A stretch of DNA of 61,588 bases, counting the filler. It is 7 parts of 7 records of this genome, joined end to end, with 100 filler letters (N's around TTAATTAATTAA, not from the genome) between each part and the next. Parts side by side here need not be neighbours in the genome. Positions count along the whole stretch, not along the records: positions 56,401 to 61,588 come from SRR31156797_13293; 6 more parts are not named here. One strand, given 5' to 3'. How positions within the stretch are numbered: the stretch's first letter is position 1; the number at the start of each line of letters is the position of its first letter. Shown one piece after another: positions 60,082 through 61,588 of the stretch. The position numbers and the translations under genes are program-made. The notes beneath the pieces are model-generated. The model saw only the letters and a list, made by a program, of their open reading frames with translations, ran no database searches and was not told the DNA's origin.

Positions 60082-60963
60082 TCAATTCTCTACAGCCATC
60101 TTCCTCTTTAGCAATCGCAGGTTAGGTAAAACAATCCCCAACAAAATCAACACCATTCCGGCAATCTGAACCGGAGCAATATGCTCACCAAGGACAAAAG
60201 CCGCCAACAAGACTGTAGTCACTGGCTCAATAGTGGAAAAGATAGCCACATTGGCACTGCCAATGGCATCCACAGCCCGGTAAAGAAGACTTATTGACAA
60301 GGCTGTGGGAATCAGCCCCAGTCCGATGGCAATCATCCAACCCTGCATATTGAGGTCGAATATTTTCAGCGGAGAAGAAAGGATACTGAACACCAGAGCC
60401 ATAGATAAAATAACATAGGGAACGATAACCTTAGCCTCATCATTACGGGTAAAAATCTGAATCACAGTCAGATAGATGGAAAAACAGACCATGCAACATA
60501 AAGCATAAATAATTCCCTGAGTATCTAGCTGCTGCGCAAAAGCATTGTAAAAAACCAACCCACTCCCGACAATAATTAGACCCAAGGCAGCAAACACAGG
60601 CCTTCCAGGCCGCAATTTCAAAAAAACAACGGCAATCAACGTGGTCATAAGCGGATAGAAATAATAAATCAGGGAAGTTGTTGAAGCGGGAATATGCTTC
60701 AAAGCCATAATGAAAAGCCAGGATTGCAAGGGATAAATGCCCACCCCGAGCACAGCCGCCTTCAGCAGCACCCTTGGGCGAACCTTGAGCAGACCGGGAC
60801 TGGTCGCCCCCAGCCACAAAAACAAAGCTGCAGCCCCCAAAGTAAAACGGTACTGCACTAACTCCAAAGGCTCCAACCCCATGCCAAGGCCGATCTTAAA
60901 AAAAATAGCCAGCGTTCCAAGCCCCAATGCGGACAATATCGAATAGACTAGTCCTTTAACCAT
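60082..60963 (-). CDS. DMT/EamA family transporter
   Basis: YRFTLGA, YFYP, IEPVTT..LA...LGE; about 10 TM segments. Confidence 0.9.
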   Translation of the reverse strand: MVKGLVYSILSALGLGTLAIFFKIGLGMGLEPLELVQYRFTLGAAALFLWLGATSPGLLKVRPRVLLKAAVLGVGIYPLQSWLFIMALKHIPASTTSLIYYFYPLMTTLIAVVFLKLRPGRPVFAALGLIIVGSGLVFYNAFAQQLDTQGIIYALCCMVCFSIYLTVIQIFTRNDEAKVIVPYVILSMALVFSILSSPLKIFDLNMQGWMIAIGLGLIPTALSISLLYRAVDAIGSANVAIFSTIEPVTTVLLAAFVLGEHIAPVQIAGMVLILLGIVLPNLRLLKRKMAVEN

Positions 60964-61042
60964 CTCGTTTCTCCCGAAGCTACGATTACCGGACAGAGAT
61001 TATACGCGGGACTAAAAAAATACAATGCATGAGACTTATAAC

Positions 61043-61076
61043 AAAAAAAGGGCTATCCAAAACGGACAGCCCCTTT
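61043..61076 (-). terminator. Terminator after the MCP gene
   Basis: GGGCTGTCC/GGATAGCCC stem followed by T7 on the minus strand. Confidence 0.75.
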
Positions 61077-61098
61077 AAGTTCTTAACCTGTAAACAGC

Positions 61099-61588
61099 TT
61101 ACTGCTGCATGCGGGCAATAATTCCGTCCAGTTCCCTTGCCAGCTCGGACATACGGCTGACAGCTTCAGCTGATTCATTCATGGCCTGTGCAGTTTCTCC
61201 GGCAATGGTGTTGATCTGGCCAGTGGAACGACTGATCTGTTCACTTGCAGCAGATTGCTCTTCCGAGGCTGTTGCAATGGAACGGACCTGATCAGCAGTC
61301 TCGGAAACCTTCTCGACAATCTCCTTCAGGATATCACCCGACTGGTTGACCAACTCAGTAACTTCGCCGATAGCTTTAGTGGATTTCTCGGTATTGGCGA
61401 TGTTGGTCTTGGCACTCTCCTGAATTTTAGTGATGTACTCACCAACTTCGCTGGTAGCGTTCATGGTGGATTCAGCCAGCTTGCGAACTTCATCGGCAAC
61501 CACGGCAAAACCACGTCCGGCATCCCCGGCACGGGCTGCCTCAATTGCAGCATTGAGCGCCAGCAGGTTGGTCTGGTCGGCAATATCG
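61099..61588 (-). CDS. Methyl-accepting chemotaxis protein, C-terminal signalling domain (5' end outside the window)
   Basis: [39 protein letters not shown]. Confidence 0.96.
   Translation of the reverse strand, partial: DIADQTNLLALNAAIEAARAGDAGRGFAVVADEVRKLAESTMNATSEVGEYITKIQESAKTNIANTEKSTKAIGEVTELVNQSGDILKEIVEKVSETADQVRSIATASEEQSAASEQISRSTGQINTIAGETAQAMNESAEAVSRMSELARELDGIIARMQQ

Noticed and set aside
1-61588. CRISPR arrays, integrases, transposases, rRNA and prophage genes
   Set aside because: None seen by eye or in the ORF track

Overview
This window is not one continuous locus. It is seven contigs joined by identical 100-nt spacers (44 N + TTAATTAATTAA + 44 N), probably from five or six organisms. 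(A) 1-6345, deltaproteobacterium-like catabolic cluster: GPH/MFS transporter, two acyl-CoA dehydrogenases with complementary motif loss flanking an acetoacetate-decarboxylase-like gene, an SDR remnant, PadR and the start of a 4-hydroxybutyryl-CoA dehydratase-like gene. (B) 6446-28576, Vibrio chromosome: tRNA-Cys fragment, pgsA-uvrC-uvrY, polB, PTS-EIIC/EAL, nucleotidyltransferase, yeiP, yciU, yqfB, hutC-hutI-(hutG lost)-hutU-hutH and DUF3581. These are followed by an AT-rich two-gene insert (DegT aminotransferase + 4TM-VOC fusion) and a DJ-1/LysR pair. (C) 28677-36192 and (D) 36293-42896, spirochaete-like: EamA, a nested palindromic element, FHA-LuxR, a glycosyltransferase/acyltransferase/MMPL cluster; then ung, tctCBA, a DapA-like aldolase, GntR and a hydrolase. 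(E) 42997-50633: tRNA-Glu fragment, MFS, LamB-like porin, lipoprotein alpha-amylase, a lipoprotein, and a secreted deiminase with Cys-rich and (G-D/N-T)n tails. (F) 50734-56300: lactonase-family MBL, TPR protein, TPR-YidD, RlmI-like methyltransferase, an atypical cobalamin riboswitch and cobT. (G) 56401-61588, Desulfovibrionaceae-like: DASS permease, tandem gamma-carbonic-anhydrase-like protein, nhaB, EamA and an MCP. The best candidates for undescribed biology are the Vibrio DegT + TM-VOC cassette and the putative heteromeric acyl-CoA dehydrogenase pathway. All taxonomic and family calls come from motif recognition by eye, with no database searches.
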